Below are positions 1 through 11,737 of a stretch of DNA of 64,000 nt, one piece after another. The DNA is taken from positions 98,924 to 162,923 of the forward strand of contig VXYS01000013.1 of NCBI GenBank assembly GCA_009845905.1, written 5' to 3'. Positions within the stretch are counted from its first letter, which is position 1. Every line of letters starts with the position of its first letter. The position numbers and the translations under genes are program-made. A model generated the notes under the pieces. The model did not search any database and had not been told where the DNA came from. It saw nothing but the letters and a program-made list of their open reading frames with translations. The DNA is from Gammaproteobacteria bacterium. GTDB taxonomy: Bacteria; Pseudomonadota; Gammaproteobacteria; Steroidobacterales; Foliamicaceae.

Positions 1-941
1 CCGCGCCAGCGCGGGAAGGCATCGCCTTCGTACACGATCAGGCCGGAAGCGCCGATGGACGGGGTCCAGTAGGTCGCGGGCTGCTCCATGCCTTCGCGCT
101 CGCTGGAGGCATGAATGGGCGTTCCGGTGACATAGTTCACGCCGAAGCCGATCACCGGCCAGCCGTAATTCAGGCCCGGCAGGATCAGGTTGAGTTCGTC
201 GCCGCCCTGAGGTCCATGCTCGGTTGACCAGAGTCGTCCGGTCGCCGGGTGATAGTGCAGACCCTGGGGATTGCGGTGACCATAGCTCCAGATCTCCGGC
301 AATGCGCCGGCATGGCCCGCAAAGGGATTGTCATCGGGCACGGAGCCGTCTTCCCTGAGCCTCAAAATGGCGCCCGCGTGGCTGCCGAGCAACTGTGCGC
401 CATGGCTTTCCAGGTTGTCCCGGGGCATTTCCATTCGATCGCCGACGGACATGAACAGGTGCCCGTTGGCGTCGAAGGCGATCTTTGCGCCGTAATGTCC
501 CGGGGCGGCGCTCCAGGCGTAAGCCTCGAAGATTTCCTCGACTTCTTGGAGACGGTCTCCGTCCAGCCGGGCGCGAACTAATGCGGTGGTGTTGCGATCG
601 TCTTCGGCCTTGGAGTAACTCAGATAGACGATGCGATTGGCCTCGAAGTCCGGATGCACCGCGACTTCCTGAAGCCCGCCCTGGCCCTGGACCAGGGCGT
701 CGGGGACGCCGGCGAGCGGCTGCTCCAGCAGCCTGCCGTCGCGCACCAGGCGCAATTCGCCGGTGCGCTGGGTGAAGAGCATGTCGCCGTCCGGCAGAAA
801 AGCGATGCTCCAGGGATGCTTCACGCCCTCCACCACCGTGACCACACGGAAGCGATGCTCTTCGGAGTCGTAAACCTCAGCCTGCGCCTGAGCGCACAGC
901 GCAGCAACCGCTAGGAGTGCGAGTGCGGCGCGCGGCAGCAT
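1..941 (-). CDS. PQQ-dependent sugar dehydrogenase (soluble aldose/sorbosone dehydrogenase, YliI-like); C-terminus runs off the window
   Basis: Absent from the ORF track because it has no stop inside the window. My minus-strand translation from the ATG at 941-939 gives MLPRAALALLAVAALCAQAQA (signal), then HPWSIAFLPDGDMLFTQRTGELR, YGHRNPQGL, STEHGPQGGDELN and GLNYGWP. These are hallmark motifs of the soluble quinoprotein glucose/sorbosone dehydrogenase beta-propeller family. Confidence 0.8.
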   Translation of the reverse strand, partial: MLPRAALALLAVAALCAQAQAEVYDSEEHRFRVVTVVEGVKHPWSIAFLPDGDMLFTQRTGELRLVRDGRLLEQPLAGVPDALVQGQGGLQEVAVHPDFEANRIVYLSYSKAEDDRNTTALVRARLDGDRLQEVEEIFEAYAWSAAPGHYGAKIAFDANGHLFMSVGDRMEMPRDNLESHGAQLLGSHAGAILRLREDGSVPDDNPFAGHAGALPEIWSYGHRNPQGLHYHPATGRLWSTEHGPQGGDELNLILPGLNYGWPVIGFGVNYVTGTPIHASSEREGMEQPATYWTPSIGASGLIVYEGDAFPRWR

Positions 942-957
942 GCGGGAGCGACTCCGG

Positions 958-2019
958 TCAGGATTGGCCGGCGGTTTCGAGCGCGTTGGCCTCGACCCAT
1001 TTCGCAAAGTCGGGATGGGCGGACAGGCCTTTTTCGTTGAAAGTGAATTCAAGGCCCTCGAAATCGACCGGGATCTTGTGCTGGATGCCGCGGGTGGAAA
1101 GCAGATAGCCCACCATGATCACGTCGAGCCCGGCGGCGCTGGCTTCCTCGATCCAGCCCCGCATGGTATCCACGTTCGCAGAGCGAATCTCGTCCGGGGC
1201 ATCGTCCTGGAAGTTGTATCCCTTGACGTCTGCGAAACCGCCTTCGGCCTTCACGCTCTCGACGTGTTTCTCAAGCATCTCCAGTTCGATCGCATTGTCC
1301 GCCGGATCGCCGGGGCCGTGGCCGACGATCAGCAGGAATTCTTTCTCGGGGTTCTGGCTGATTTCCTTCGCGTGATCGAGCAACATCCCGGCGGCCATGG
1401 GATGCTCGGCCAACGGAGCGGCAAAAGTCAGGGCCACGTTGGAGGTCACCCTTGGCGCAGGCAGGTAGGCGGCCTCTTCGCGCTCGCCGACGTAATAGGC
1501 CCACTGCTCATAGACGGTTCCCATGGGCGAGAGCGCCGCGGGCACGACCACGATCTTCCGGGCCCCGGCAGCCTCCAGCTGATCGATCGCCGACTGGATG
1601 TGATTGCCGTTCATCATCGCCATCCCGTAGCCGATTGCAACGGGATGTTGCCTGGCAAGCCCGGTCAGCGAATTGGCGAAGTAGGTGTCGCCCGGCTCGA
1701 AAGCGCCATGTGTCAGAACGATGATGCCCAGATCGCCCCTCAGTTCCGTATCGCTGATATAGCGCTCGTGCGTGGGCGGCATTTGCATCATGTTGTCCAT
1801 GATCTGCTCGTTGGTGTAATTACGGTAGGTGACGATCTTTGCCCGCAGCAGGTCGTACTCCTCCTGGGTCATGTCGTGATGTCCGGAATGGTCCATTCCT
1901 TCATGGTCCATTCCCTGGTGGTCCATCTCCTCGTGGTCCATCTCCTGCGTCTGGGCCACGCCGAAAACAAGCAGCGCGCCAAGGAGAACGGGAAGGATGC
2001 GCATGTTTCTGGGGTTCAT
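958..2019 (-). CDS. Secreted CbiX/SirB-fold (chelatase-like) protein with an N-terminal Met/Asp/His repeat
   Basis: 353-aa ORF. It has a signal peptide (MRILPVLLGALLVFGVAQT) followed by MDHEEMDHQGMDHEGMDHSGHHDM. Two CbiX-like halves follow (IIVLTHGAFEPGD...KIVVVPAAL and LLIVGHGPGDPADN...VIMVGYLLS). A 16-nt gap separates it from the downstream dehydrogenase gene. Confidence 0.6.
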   Translation of the reverse strand: MNPRNMRILPVLLGALLVFGVAQTQEMDHEEMDHQGMDHEGMDHSGHHDMTQEEYDLLRAKIVTYRNYTNEQIMDNMMQMPPTHERYISDTELRGDLGIIVLTHGAFEPGDTYFANSLTGLARQHPVAIGYGMAMMNGNHIQSAIDQLEAAGARKIVVVPAALSPMGTVYEQWAYYVGEREEAAYLPAPRVTSNVALTFAAPLAEHPMAAGMLLDHAKEISQNPEKEFLLIVGHGPGDPADNAIELEMLEKHVESVKAEGGFADVKGYNFQDDAPDEIRSANVDTMRGWIEEASAAGLDVIMVGYLLSTRGIQHKIPVDFEGLEFTFNEKGLSAHPDFAKWVEANALETAGQS

Positions 2020-2092
2020 GTCTAAACTCCTCTGAATAAAGCCTTAAGCCACGAACGGGCTCAAAAGCATATCACTCTTGCCCGGCGCCGCC

Positions 2093-3382
<1,290 letters not shown>

Positions 3383-3551
3383 TCCGCTTTTCCTTCCTGC
3401 TGTGTCTGTTGCGCGGGCATTATCCGCACCACGCCCGGCAACGGCAACCATGGCCGGCGGTTTTTCGGCGGGCGCGGCCGGCCCCGGGATGTTCACGGGA
3501 CCAATAGGCTGTACACTTCGCAGCCAATATTCGCAAGTTTCTTGGTGACCT

Positions 3552-4811
3552 ATGCGGGCTGCTAGCCTGAAACACACCCGGGGGCGCGTGAGATCACGGG
3601 GAGGACGGACTCTCCGCCGCCCGGCCTTCCTTCCTTTTGCGTTCGCCGCTTCCTTTGCCTTCCTGATACCGCCGGCCTCCGGAGCGTTTGAAATCGGCGA
3701 GGCGGTGGCGGGCGGGGAGACCGCGCTGGGTTTTCGCTACCGGCTTGAGACCGTTTCGCAGGACGGGATCGACGAGGACGCGCTGGCGTCCACGGCCCGC
3801 GCCCGCCTGACCTGGAATTCGGCGAAGTCCGGTTCCCTTTCCTTTGGCGTCGAGACGGATTATTCGCTGATACTGGGCATCGAGGACTTCAATTCGACCA
3901 CCAACGGCAAAACGGCATATCCGGTCGTCGCCGATCCGGACGGTTTCGACCTGAACCAGGCGTTTCTGAAGTTGGAGGAGAACGATTTCACCGTAACGGT
4001 GGGACGGCAGCGGATCAATCATGGCACGCAGCGCTTCATGGGCGGCGTGGCCTACCGCAACAATGAGCAGACCTACGATGGCGTGCGCATCCAGAGCGCC
4101 GCCGGGGCCCTCAACCTCGACTACGCCTACGTGCATAACATCAATCGAATCTTCGGGCCGGATGACGGCGCTCAGCCGGGTGACTGGTACGGCAATTCGC
4201 ATGCCTTGCGCGCGTCGATGGAGACCGCGCCGGGACACACGCTGGCGGGATATGCCTATCTGTGGGACCTGGAAAACGACAATGGCCCCGCCAACGCCAA
4301 CAGCACGTACGGGCTGGAGTACGTCGGGGCGTTCGATCCGCTGACGATTACCGCCGCGGTCTCCAACCAGAGCGACTACGGCGACAATCCGGTGTCGTAC
4401 GACGCCATGCACTACCTGATACAGGGCGATATCCGGCTGGAGGGCGTGAGCATCACGGTGGCCCATGAGGTGGTCGGGAGCGACGATGGCGCCGCGCAGT
4501 TCCGTTTTCCGGCCGCCACGCTGCACAAGTTTCAGGGATGGACGGACAAGTTTCTGATTGCACCGGTTACGGGTGTGCGTGACACCTGGTTCAGCGTGAC
4601 CGGCAAGGTGGGCGGCGCCACGGTCACGGGTGTTTTTCACGACTTTAGGGCGGATTCCGGCGGCGCCGACTACGGACAGGAACTGGGCCTTTCGATTACC
4701 TATCCCGTGCGGGACAACCTGTCGCTCCTGTTCAAGATCTCCAGCTATTCGGCGGATGAATTCGCCACGGACACGACCAAGGCGTGGTTGATGTTCGACT
4801 GGCGTTGGTAG
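3552..4811 (+). CDS. Outer-membrane beta-barrel porin, alginate-export (AlgE-like) family
   Basis: 419-aa ORF with a signal-like N-terminus (...[11 protein letters not shown]). It shows an alternating beta-strand residue pattern and an aromatic C-terminus (...AWLMFDWRW). The family assignment is from my recognition only, and the exact start is uncertain. Confidence 0.55.
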   Translation: MRAASLKHTRGRVRSRGGRTLRRPAFLPFAFAASFAFLIPPASGAFEIGEAVAGGETALGFRYRLETVSQDGIDEDALASTARARLTWNSAKSGSLSFGVETDYSLILGIEDFNSTTNGKTAYPVVADPDGFDLNQAFLKLEENDFTVTVGRQRINHGTQRFMGGVAYRNNEQTYDGVRIQSAAGALNLDYAYVHNINRIFGPDDGAQPGDWYGNSHALRASMETAPGHTLAGYAYLWDLENDNGPANANSTYGLEYVGAFDPLTITAAVSNQSDYGDNPVSYDAMHYLIQGDIRLEGVSITVAHEVVGSDDGAAQFRFPAATLHKFQGWTDKFLIAPVTGVRDTWFSVTGKVGGATVTGVFHDFRADSGGADYGQELGLSITYPVRDNLSLLFKISSYSADEFATDTTKAWLMFDWRW

Positions 4812-4832
4812 CCGGGAGTCTTCTCCTGCTTC

Positions 4833-4998
4833 CTCGCCCTTCGTTCGCCCCACTCCCCGTTGGAGACGCCATCCTGGCTCGATTCTCGCTGTCTGCGCTT
4901 ACTCGCCCTTCGTTCGTCCCCCTCCTCGTTGGAGACGCCATCCATGGCTCGATTCTCGCTTTCCTGCTCCAACGCTCCTACGAGGAGGGGGACGAACG
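4833..4998. repeat. MITE/REP-like element: two 58-bp direct repeats (period 70 bp) plus a perfect 19-bp inverted repeat
   Basis: Direct copies lie at 4833-4890 and 4903-4960 (ctcgcccttcgttcg.cccc.ctcc.cgttggagacgccatcc.tggctcgattctcgct). The inverted arms are CGTTCGTCCCCCTCCTCGT (4911-4929) and ACGAGGAGGGGGACGAACG (4980-4998). The element sits between two convergent genes. Confidence 0.85.
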
Positions 4999-5020
4999 AA
5001 CGGCTTTGGCTGGCGCGCCT

Positions 5021-6775
5021 TTAGTCGCCGCTGCCTGACGGCACGCGGATGCGGCGTACCAGGGCCTGGACGGGCGCCGGGGGCGCCGGGGTCAGCGCGC
5101 TGACTGCAAGGGTAACGGCCAGGTTGATCGCCGCGCCGATGGCGCCGATGCCCTCGGGTGAAATTCCGAACAGCCAGTTCCCGGGCACGTTCGCGGCAAA
5201 CGGCTCCACGAATACGCCCTTGAACCAGATGATGTAGCCCATCGTGAAAATCAGGCCCGACAGCATGCCGGCAATCGCTCCCTGCTTGTTGACGCGCATC
5301 GAGAGAATGCCCAGCAGGATGGCGGGGAAAAGCGATGCGGCAGCCAGGCCGAAGGCCAGCGCGACCACCTCGGCCACGAATCCGGGCGGGTTGAAGCCCA
5401 GGTAGCCGGCCAGCAGCACGGCAACGCCGGCGCTGATCCGGCCCGCGCGTAGTTCGGCGCGGTCGGAGATGTTGCGTGCGAACACGCTCTTGATCAGGTC
5501 GTGCGATACCGCGGCCGATATGACCAGCAGCAGGCCCGCGGCCGTGGACAGCGCTGCGGCGATGCCGCCGGCCGCAACCAGCGCGATCACCCAGTTCGGC
5601 AGGCCGGCGATTTCGGGGTTGGCCAGCACGATGATGTCCCGGTCCACCGTCAGCTCGTTGCCCCGCCAGCCCTGCGCCTCGGCGCGTTCGGCGAACTCCG
5701 GGTTGGCGTCGTTGTAATACTGGATGCGTCCGTCGCCGTTCAGGTCCTTGAAGCGCAGCAGCCTCGTGTCCTCCCAGGTCCGGAACCAGCCGGGTCGGTC
5801 CTCGTAGCGCAGGTTCGCGGTTTCCTCGAATACCGGACCGGTCTGGATCGTGGTCGTGAGGTTGAGACGGGCCAGCGCGCCCACCGCCGGGGCGGTGGTG
5901 TAGAGGATCGCGATGAACAGCAGGGCGTAGCCGGCCGAGACCCGGGCGTGACGCACCTTGGGCACGGTGAAGAAGCGCACCAGCACGTGCGGCAGCCCCG
6001 CCGTGCCGATCATCAGCGCCAGCGTGATGAAGAATATGTCCACGGTACTCTTCGAGCCGCCGGTGAAGGCCGTAAAGCCGAGATCGGTCACGATCCGGTC
6101 CAGGTTGGCCAGCAGGCGTCCGCCCCCGTCGAGCACCTCGCCGCCGAACGCGACCTGCGGAACCGCCACCCCCGTCACCTGCAGCGAAATGAACACGGCC
6201 GGCACCGTGTAGGCGAAGATCAGCACGCAGTACTGCGCGACCTGGGTGTAAGTGATGCCTTTCATCCCGCCAAGCACCGCGTACAGGAACACGACGCCCA
6301 TGCCCACCGCCAGCCCGACGCTGATGTCCACGTTCAGAAAGCGCGAGAACACGATGCCCACACCGCGCATCTGCCCGGCCACGTAGGTAAAGGAGATCAC
6401 GATCAGGCAGATCACGGCCACCACGCGGGCGGCGTCGGAGTAATAGCGCTCTCCGATGAATTCCGGCACCGTGAACTTGCCGAAGCGGCGCAGGTAGGGC
6501 GCCAGCAGCAATGCCAGCAGCACGTAACCGCCGGTCCAGCCCATCAGGTAAACGGAGCTGTCGTAACCCAGAAACGCAATCAGACCGGCCATTGAAATGA
6601 ACGAAGCCGCCGACATCCAGTCGGCCGCCGTGGCCATGCCGTTGGCCACCGGGTGCACGTGCTTGCCGGCCACGTAGAAGTCGCCGGTGGTGCGCGCCTT
6701 CGACCAGAAAGCGATGCCGATATACAGCGCGAAGGACAGCCCGACGACGATGTAGGTGAGCGTCTGGAGTTCCAT
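5021..6775 (-). CDS. Sodium:solute symporter (SSS family, ActP-like cation/acetate symporter type)
   Basis: 584-aa polytopic membrane protein. The N-terminal region (FYVAGKHVHPVANGMATAADWMSAASFISMAGL) is typical of the acetate-permease-like SSS subgroup. Its start shares one nucleotide with the stop of the upstream DUF4212 gene. Confidence 0.85.
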   Translation of the reverse strand: MELQTLTYIVVGLSFALYIGIAFWSKARTTGDFYVAGKHVHPVANGMATAADWMSAASFISMAGLIAFLGYDSSVYLMGWTGGYVLLALLLAPYLRRFGKFTVPEFIGERYYSDAARVVAVICLIVISFTYVAGQMRGVGIVFSRFLNVDISVGLAVGMGVVFLYAVLGGMKGITYTQVAQYCVLIFAYTVPAVFISLQVTGVAVPQVAFGGEVLDGGGRLLANLDRIVTDLGFTAFTGGSKSTVDIFFITLALMIGTAGLPHVLVRFFTVPKVRHARVSAGYALLFIAILYTTAPAVGALARLNLTTTIQTGPVFEETANLRYEDRPGWFRTWEDTRLLRFKDLNGDGRIQYYNDANPEFAERAEAQGWRGNELTVDRDIIVLANPEIAGLPNWVIALVAAGGIAAALSTAAGLLLVISAAVSHDLIKSVFARNISDRAELRAGRISAGVAVLLAGYLGFNPPGFVAEVVALAFGLAAASLFPAILLGILSMRVNKQGAIAGMLSGLIFTMGYIIWFKGVFVEPFAANVPGNWLFGISPEGIGAIGAAINLAVTLAVSALTPAPPAPVQALVRRIRVPSGSGD

Positions 6776-7023
6776 CAGTCTTCGCTCACCCGGTGCTTCT
6801 TGTCGATGCGCCCCATCAGGATCACATAGACGAAGATCAGCACGAGGAAGCCGTACATGCTGCCCTGCTGCGCGAACCAGAAACCGAGCTGGAATCCGCC
6901 CAGCGTGAACCGGTTGAGTACGTCCACCAGCAGTACGCCGCAGCCGAACGATATGGCGAACCAGACCGCCAGCAGGATCGCGATCAACCGGATGTTCTCG
7001 CCCCAGTAGGACAGCTTCCTCAT
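6775..7023 (-). CDS. DUF4212 small membrane protein (SSS-symporter accessory subunit)
   Basis: 82-aa two-TM protein (YWGENIRLIAILLAVWFAISFG...GFQLGFWFAQQGSMYGFLVLIFVY) immediately upstream of, and overlapping, the symporter gene. This is the usual DUF4212-symporter pairing. Confidence 0.8.
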   Translation of the reverse strand: MRKLSYWGENIRLIAILLAVWFAISFGCGVLLVDVLNRFTLGGFQLGFWFAQQGSMYGFLVLIFVYVILMGRIDKKHRVSED

Positions 7024-7065
7024 TCCTTCGCCCCGTCTACGCAGGCCCGCTAGTGTACCGGTGCC

Positions 7066-7986
7066 TCAAGCACCATCCGCGAGCGGCAATAGCTCCCGGT
7101 AGATGGCGGTATGGAGGGGCGTGGGAACGCCGGTTTGCTCGCCCATGCGGTGGATGGCGCCGGACAGCCACTCGATCTCCAGCGGGCGGCCGCGCTCGAG
7201 ATCGGTCAGCAGAGATGCCTTGCCGCCGTGAGCAAAGACGTTTCTCAGCGTGGCGCGGGTCTGCGCCTCGATGTTGTGGGGCAGGGGGACCTCAAGCGCG
7301 CGCGCCACGGCCAGCGCCTCCTGCTGGGCGATCTCCAGAAGCCACGGCATCGCCGGATTGTCTGCCATCGCGTCGAAACCGCTGCGCATCGCCACGTTGA
7401 TCGAGCTTGAACAGGCGACCATCAGGAATTTGAGCCACAGCATGGTTTTCATGTTGCGGTGAATTTCGGCCGCAATGCCCGTCGGCGCCAGCGCGTCCTC
7501 CAGGCTGCGCAGCCGTTCGCTCACTCCGCCCGAGGGTTCCGCGAGATTGATGTCGAGCGTTTCGCCTTCGCGCAGGATGACGCCGGGTTCCAGCAGCTTG
7601 GCGACCACCTGCACGGTCCCGCCCAACACCCTGTCCGGGGGCAAAAGCGCCGCGGCGGTTTCCTGCGCGTCCAGTCCGTTTTGCAGCGTGACGACGCTCT
7701 CGCATGAAGCGAGCCATTTCGCGTGGGTTTCGATTGCATCGATCAGGTCGTAGCGCTTCACGCAAAGCAGGACCGCCTCGGCGGGAGCCTGCCCATCGGG
7801 ATTCGAGGTCACATTGATCCTCTCGGCGCGAAAGGGCGAACGCTCGTGTTTCACGGTCAGTCCGCGTTCGGCAAGGGCGCGGGCGTTCTCGCCGCGCGCG
7901 ACAAACAGGACGTCGTGGCCGGCCCGCAAAAGGGCCGCTCCGAGGCTGCCGCCGACGCCGCCCACTCCGATGATTGCAAGGCGCAT
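7066..7986 (-). CDS. 2-dehydropantoate 2-reductase family (ApbA/PanE-like) oxidoreductase
   Basis: N-terminal Rossmann motif MRLAIIGVGGVGGSLGAALLRAGHDVLFVAR, and a length of 306 aa that fits ketopantoate-reductase family architecture. Confidence 0.7.
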   Translation of the reverse strand: MRLAIIGVGGVGGSLGAALLRAGHDVLFVARGENARALAERGLTVKHERSPFRAERINVTSNPDGQAPAEAVLLCVKRYDLIDAIETHAKWLASCESVVTLQNGLDAQETAAALLPPDRVLGGTVQVVAKLLEPGVILREGETLDINLAEPSGGVSERLRSLEDALAPTGIAAEIHRNMKTMLWLKFLMVACSSSINVAMRSGFDAMADNPAMPWLLEIAQQEALAVARALEVPLPHNIEAQTRATLRNVFAHGGKASLLTDLERGRPLEIEWLSGAIHRMGEQTGVPTPLHTAIYRELLPLADGA

Positions 7987-8036
7987 GCGGGCTATACTGC
8001 CCGTTTTTGCGCAGATTCAAAACTCCCTGATCCCCA

Positions 8037-10199
8037 ATGAAAAAGGGCCAAGCGAACGGATCACTCTCCAGCTTGCCGCCGGATTGGGCGGCCCGAGCCA
8101 AAAAGGAGCTCAAGGGCGCCGACGCCGCGGGCCTGATCTGGGACACGCCGGAAGGGATCCCGGTCAAGCCGCTGTACACGATCAAGGACCTTGAGGGCCT
8201 TGGCCACATCCGCAGCCTGCCCGGCGCGCCGCCGTACGTGCGCGGGCCGCGCGCCACGATGTATGCCGGCCGGCCCTGGACCGTTCGCCAGTACGCGGGA
8301 TTTTCCACCGCCGAGGAGTCCAACGCGTTCTACCGGCGCAATATCGCCGCCGGTCAGACGGGCCTGAGCGTCGCCTTCGACCTGCCCACGCACCGCGGCT
8401 ACGACTCGGACCATCCGCGCGCCCTGGGCGATGTGGGCAAGGCCGGGGTGGCCATCGATACCGTCGAGGACATGAAGCGCCTGTTCGACGGCATTTCGCT
8501 CAAGGAGATGTCGGTGTCCATGACCATGAACGGGGCGGTGCTGCCGGTCATGGCCATGTACATCGTGGCGGCGGAAGAGCAGGGGGCCCGTCTCGAGGAC
8601 CTTTCGGGCACCATGCAGAACGACATTCTCAAGGAGTTCATGGTCCGCAATACCTACATCTATCCGCCGGACCCCTCCATGCGGATCGTGGGCGACATCA
8701 TCGCGTTCAGCGCCCGCAACATGCCGCGTTTCAATCCCATATCGATTTCCGGGTACCACATGCTGGAAGCGGGCGCCACGGCGGTTCAGGAACTGGGCTA
8801 TACGCTGGCCGACGGCCTCGAGTACGTCCGCGCGGCCATGAGCGCCGGACTCGACGTGGACGACTTCGCTCCACGGCTGAGCTTCTTCTTCGGCATCGGC
8901 ATGAACTTCTTCATGGAGGCGGCCAAATTGCGGGCCGCGCGGCTGTTGTGGGCGGAGCTGATGCAGGAGCGGTTCGCCCCGGGCAATCCCCGCTCGCTAA
9001 TGCTGCGTACGCACTGTCAGACCTCCGGCGTAAGCCTTACCAGCCAGGATCCGTACAACAACGTGATTCGCACGACGGTCGAGGCGCTGGCAGCGGTACT
9101 GGGCGGCACGCAGTCGCTGCACACCAACAGCTTCGACGAGGCCCTCGCGTTGCCGAGCGATCATTCCGCGCACATCGCGCGCAACACGCAACTCGTGCTG
9201 CGCGAGGAAACCGGCGTGACCCGCGTTGCGGACCCGCTGGGAGGTTCGTACTATGTGGAGAGTCTTACCGCCTCCCTGGCGGCGGGGGCCCGCGAACTGA
9301 TCCGCGAAGTGGAGAACCTGGGCGGCATGACGCGCGCGATCGAGGCCGGGGTTCCCAAGCTGCGCATCGAGGAGGCGGCCGCGCGCCGCCAGGCCCGGAT
9401 GGAGCGCGGCGAGGACGTGGTGGTGGGGGTGAACCGGTACCGGGTTGCCGACGAAGCCGAGGTTGAACTGCTTGATATCGATAATCGCAAGGTGCGGGAA
9501 AGCCAGTTGCGACGGATCGCCGAGGTCCGGTCGCAGCGCGACGAGCAGGCCTGCCGGACTGCGCTTGCCGCGTTGCGGGAGGCGGCTTCGCGCGACGGGA
9601 CCGATCTCATTGCTCCCGCTCTGGAAGCGACCCGCCGCCGGGCCACCGTCGGGGAGATCTCGCTTGCGATGGAAGAGGTGTTCGGCCGGCACCGGGCCGT
9701 CGCGCAAACCGTGAGCGGCGTGTATTCGCAGGCCTACGAAGGCGATGAGGAATTCGCCGCCCTGCAGCAGCGCGTGCGCGAGTTCGGGAAACGGGAAGGA
9801 CGCAGGCCCCGGATCCTCGTGGCCAAGCTCGGCCAGGACGGGCACGATCGCGGCGCCCGGGTCGTCGCCTCGGCACTGGCCGACCTGGGTTTCGACGTGG
9901 ACATCGGGCCGCTGTTTCAGACCCCCGAAGAGGTCGCGCGGCAAGCGGTCGAGAACGACGTGCACCTGGTGGGCATTTCGTCGCAGGCGGCGGGGCACCG
10001 GGAGCTGGCGCCGCGCATGATCGAGGCGCTGCGCGCCGAGGGCGCGGAGGATGTGCGGGTGGTGATCGGCGGAATCATTCCCAGGCAGGACCGCAAGCTG
10101 CTGGAGGATGCGGGGGTGGCGTTGATATTCGAGCCCGGCGCCAACATTACGGCCGCCGCAACGGACATGCTGGCGCTGCTGGAAGGAGAGGGAGAGTGA
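8037..10199 (+). CDS. mcm: Methylmalonyl-CoA mutase (single-chain, catalytic plus B12-binding domains)
   Basis: 720 aa. Motifs include [36 protein letters not shown] and [21 protein letters not shown]. The C-terminal B12-binding domain shows [29 protein letters not shown]. Confidence 0.95.
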   Translation: MKKGQANGSLSSLPPDWAARAKKELKGADAAGLIWDTPEGIPVKPLYTIKDLEGLGHIRSLPGAPPYVRGPRATMYAGRPWTVRQYAGFSTAEESNAFYRRNIAAGQTGLSVAFDLPTHRGYDSDHPRALGDVGKAGVAIDTVEDMKRLFDGISLKEMSVSMTMNGAVLPVMAMYIVAAEEQGARLEDLSGTMQNDILKEFMVRNTYIYPPDPSMRIVGDIIAFSARNMPRFNPISISGYHMLEAGATAVQELGYTLADGLEYVRAAMSAGLDVDDFAPRLSFFFGIGMNFFMEAAKLRAARLLWAELMQERFAPGNPRSLMLRTHCQTSGVSLTSQDPYNNVIRTTVEALAAVLGGTQSLHTNSFDEALALPSDHSAHIARNTQLVLREETGVTRVADPLGGSYYVESLTASLAAGARELIREVENLGGMTRAIEAGVPKLRIEEAAARRQARMERGEDVVVGVNRYRVADEAEVELLDIDNRKVRESQLRRIAEVRSQRDEQACRTALAALREAASRDGTDLIAPALEATRRRATVGEISLAMEEVFGRHRAVAQTVSGVYSQAYEGDEEFAALQQRVREFGKREGRRPRILVAKLGQDGHDRGARVVASALADLGFDVDIGPLFQTPEEVARQAVENDVHLVGISSQAAGHRELAPRMIEALRAEGAEDVRVVIGGIIPRQDRKLLEDAGVALIFEPGANITAAATDMLALLEGEGE

Positions 10200-11737
10200 G
10201 CGAGCGTGCCCGTATGCTCGAGCGGCTGGAGGAGATGCGCGCGGCCTCGCGCGCCGGCGGCGGCGAGGCGCGCGTCAAGCGGCAGCACGAACGCGGTAAG
10301 CTGACGGCGCGCGAACGCCTGGAGGTGCTGCTCGACGCCGACAGCTTCGAGGAGTGGGACGCCTTCGTCGAGCACCGCAGCACCGATTTCGGCATGGACA
10401 AGCAACGCATCCCCGGCGACGGGGTGATATCCGGGCACGGGCGCATCAACGGCCGCCTCGTGTTCGTGTTCAGTCAGGATTTCACCGTCTTCGGCGGCTC
10501 GCTGTCGGAGACCAATGCCCGCAAGATCTGCAAGGTGATGGAGCAGGCCATCAAGGTGGGGGCGCCCATCATCGGCCTGAACGACTCCGGCGGCGCACGG
10601 ATCCAGGAGGGGGTGGCCTCGCTGGGCGGCTATGCCGACGTTTTCCAGCGCAACGTGCTGGCTTCGGGCGTGGTCCCTCAGGTCTCGCTGGTGATGGGAC
10701 CCTGCGCCGGCGGCGCCGTATATTCGCCGGCCATCACCGATTTCATCTTCATGGTGCGCGGCACTTCGTACATGTTCGTGACCGGGCCGGACGTGGTGAA
10801 GACGGTCACCGCCGAGGAAATAACCGCCGAGGAGCTGGGCGGGGCGGACACGCACAATTCCCGCTCCGGCGTTGCCGACCGGGCCTTCGACGACGACGTG
10901 GAGACGCTGCGCATGGCGCGCCTGCTGATGGGTTACCTGCCGTCCAGCAACCGCGAGCGCGCCCCGTCAAGACCGACCGACGACCCCGAAGACCGGGCCG
11001 AGCCTTCGCTCAACAGCCTTGTGCCCACCGATCCGGCCAAGCCGTACGACATCAAGGAACTGATCTACAAGGTGGCCGACGAGAGCGAGTTCTTCGAAAT
11101 GCAGCCCGATTTCGCGCGCAACATCGTGACCGGCTTCGTGCGCATCGCCGGAGAAACGGTGGGCGTGGTGGCCAATCAGCCGGCGGTCCTGGCCGGCTGC
11201 CTGGACATCGAAGCTTCCGTCAAGGGCGCGCGATTCGTTCGCTTCTGCGACGCTTTTTCGATTCCGCTGCTGACGCTGGTGGACGTGCCGGGCTTCATGC
11301 CGGGATCGCAGCAGGAATACGGCGGCATCATCCGCCACGGCGCCAAGCTGCTTTACGCCTACGCCGAAGCCACCGTGCCCAAGGTCACCGTGATCACGCG
11401 CAAGGCATACGGCGGCGCCTACGACGTGATGTCATCCAAGCACCTGCGCGGCGACGTCAATTTCGCCTGGCCCAGCGCCGAGATCGCCGTGATGGGGCCG
11501 CAGGGCGCGGTGGAGATCATCTTCCGCCAGGATATCGGCGACGCGGAGAAGATCGCCGCCCGCACCGAGGAATACCGGCGCAAATTCGCCCACCCGTACG
11601 TCGCAGCGGGACACGGCTATATCGACGACGTGATCGAGCCTAGCGTGACCCGTGCGCACCTGTGCCGCTCCTTCGCCATGCTGCGCAACAAGCGCATCAG
11701 GGACCCCTGGCGCAAACACGGCAACATCCCGCTTTGA
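10196..11737 (+). CDS. pccB: Propionyl-CoA carboxylase beta subunit / methylmalonyl-CoA carboxyltransferase
   Basis: 513 aa of the carboxyltransferase family ([44 protein letters not shown]). The GTG start at 10196 overlaps the mcm stop (GTGA). Confidence 0.93.
   Translation: MSERARMLERLEEMRAASRAGGGEARVKRQHERGKLTARERLEVLLDADSFEEWDAFVEHRSTDFGMDKQRIPGDGVISGHGRINGRLVFVFSQDFTVFGGSLSETNARKICKVMEQAIKVGAPIIGLNDSGGARIQEGVASLGGYADVFQRNVLASGVVPQVSLVMGPCAGGAVYSPAITDFIFMVRGTSYMFVTGPDVVKTVTAEEITAEELGGADTHNSRSGVADRAFDDDVETLRMARLLMGYLPSSNRERAPSRPTDDPEDRAEPSLNSLVPTDPAKPYDIKELIYKVADESEFFEMQPDFARNIVTGFVRIAGETVGVVANQPAVLAGCLDIEASVKGARFVRFCDAFSIPLLTLVDVPGFMPGSQQEYGGIIRHGAKLLYAYAEATVPKVTVITRKAYGGAYDVMSSKHLRGDVNFAWPSAEIAVMGPQGAVEIIFRQDIGDAEKIAARTEEYRRKFAHPYVAAGHGYIDDVIEPSVTRAHLCRSFAMLRNKRIRDPWRKHGNIPL

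Noticed and set aside
940-2025. 361-aa plus-strand ORF
   Set aside because: It is exactly antisense to the CbiX-like gene. Its composition is Arg/Gly/His/Val-rich with no recognisable motifs. This is a typical shadow ORF of a high-GC genome.
3594-4853. 419-aa minus-strand ORF
   Set aside because: It mirrors the porin ORF and is Arg/Gly-rich. The plus-strand product has a signal peptide and a beta-barrel terminus, so the plus strand is preferred.
4833-4998. Possible CRISPR array
   Set aside because: There are only two direct-repeat copies, 58 bp long, separated by about 12 bp rather than spacer-sized unique DNA. The region has internal inverted repeats and no cas genes nearby. I interpret it as a MITE/REP-like element.
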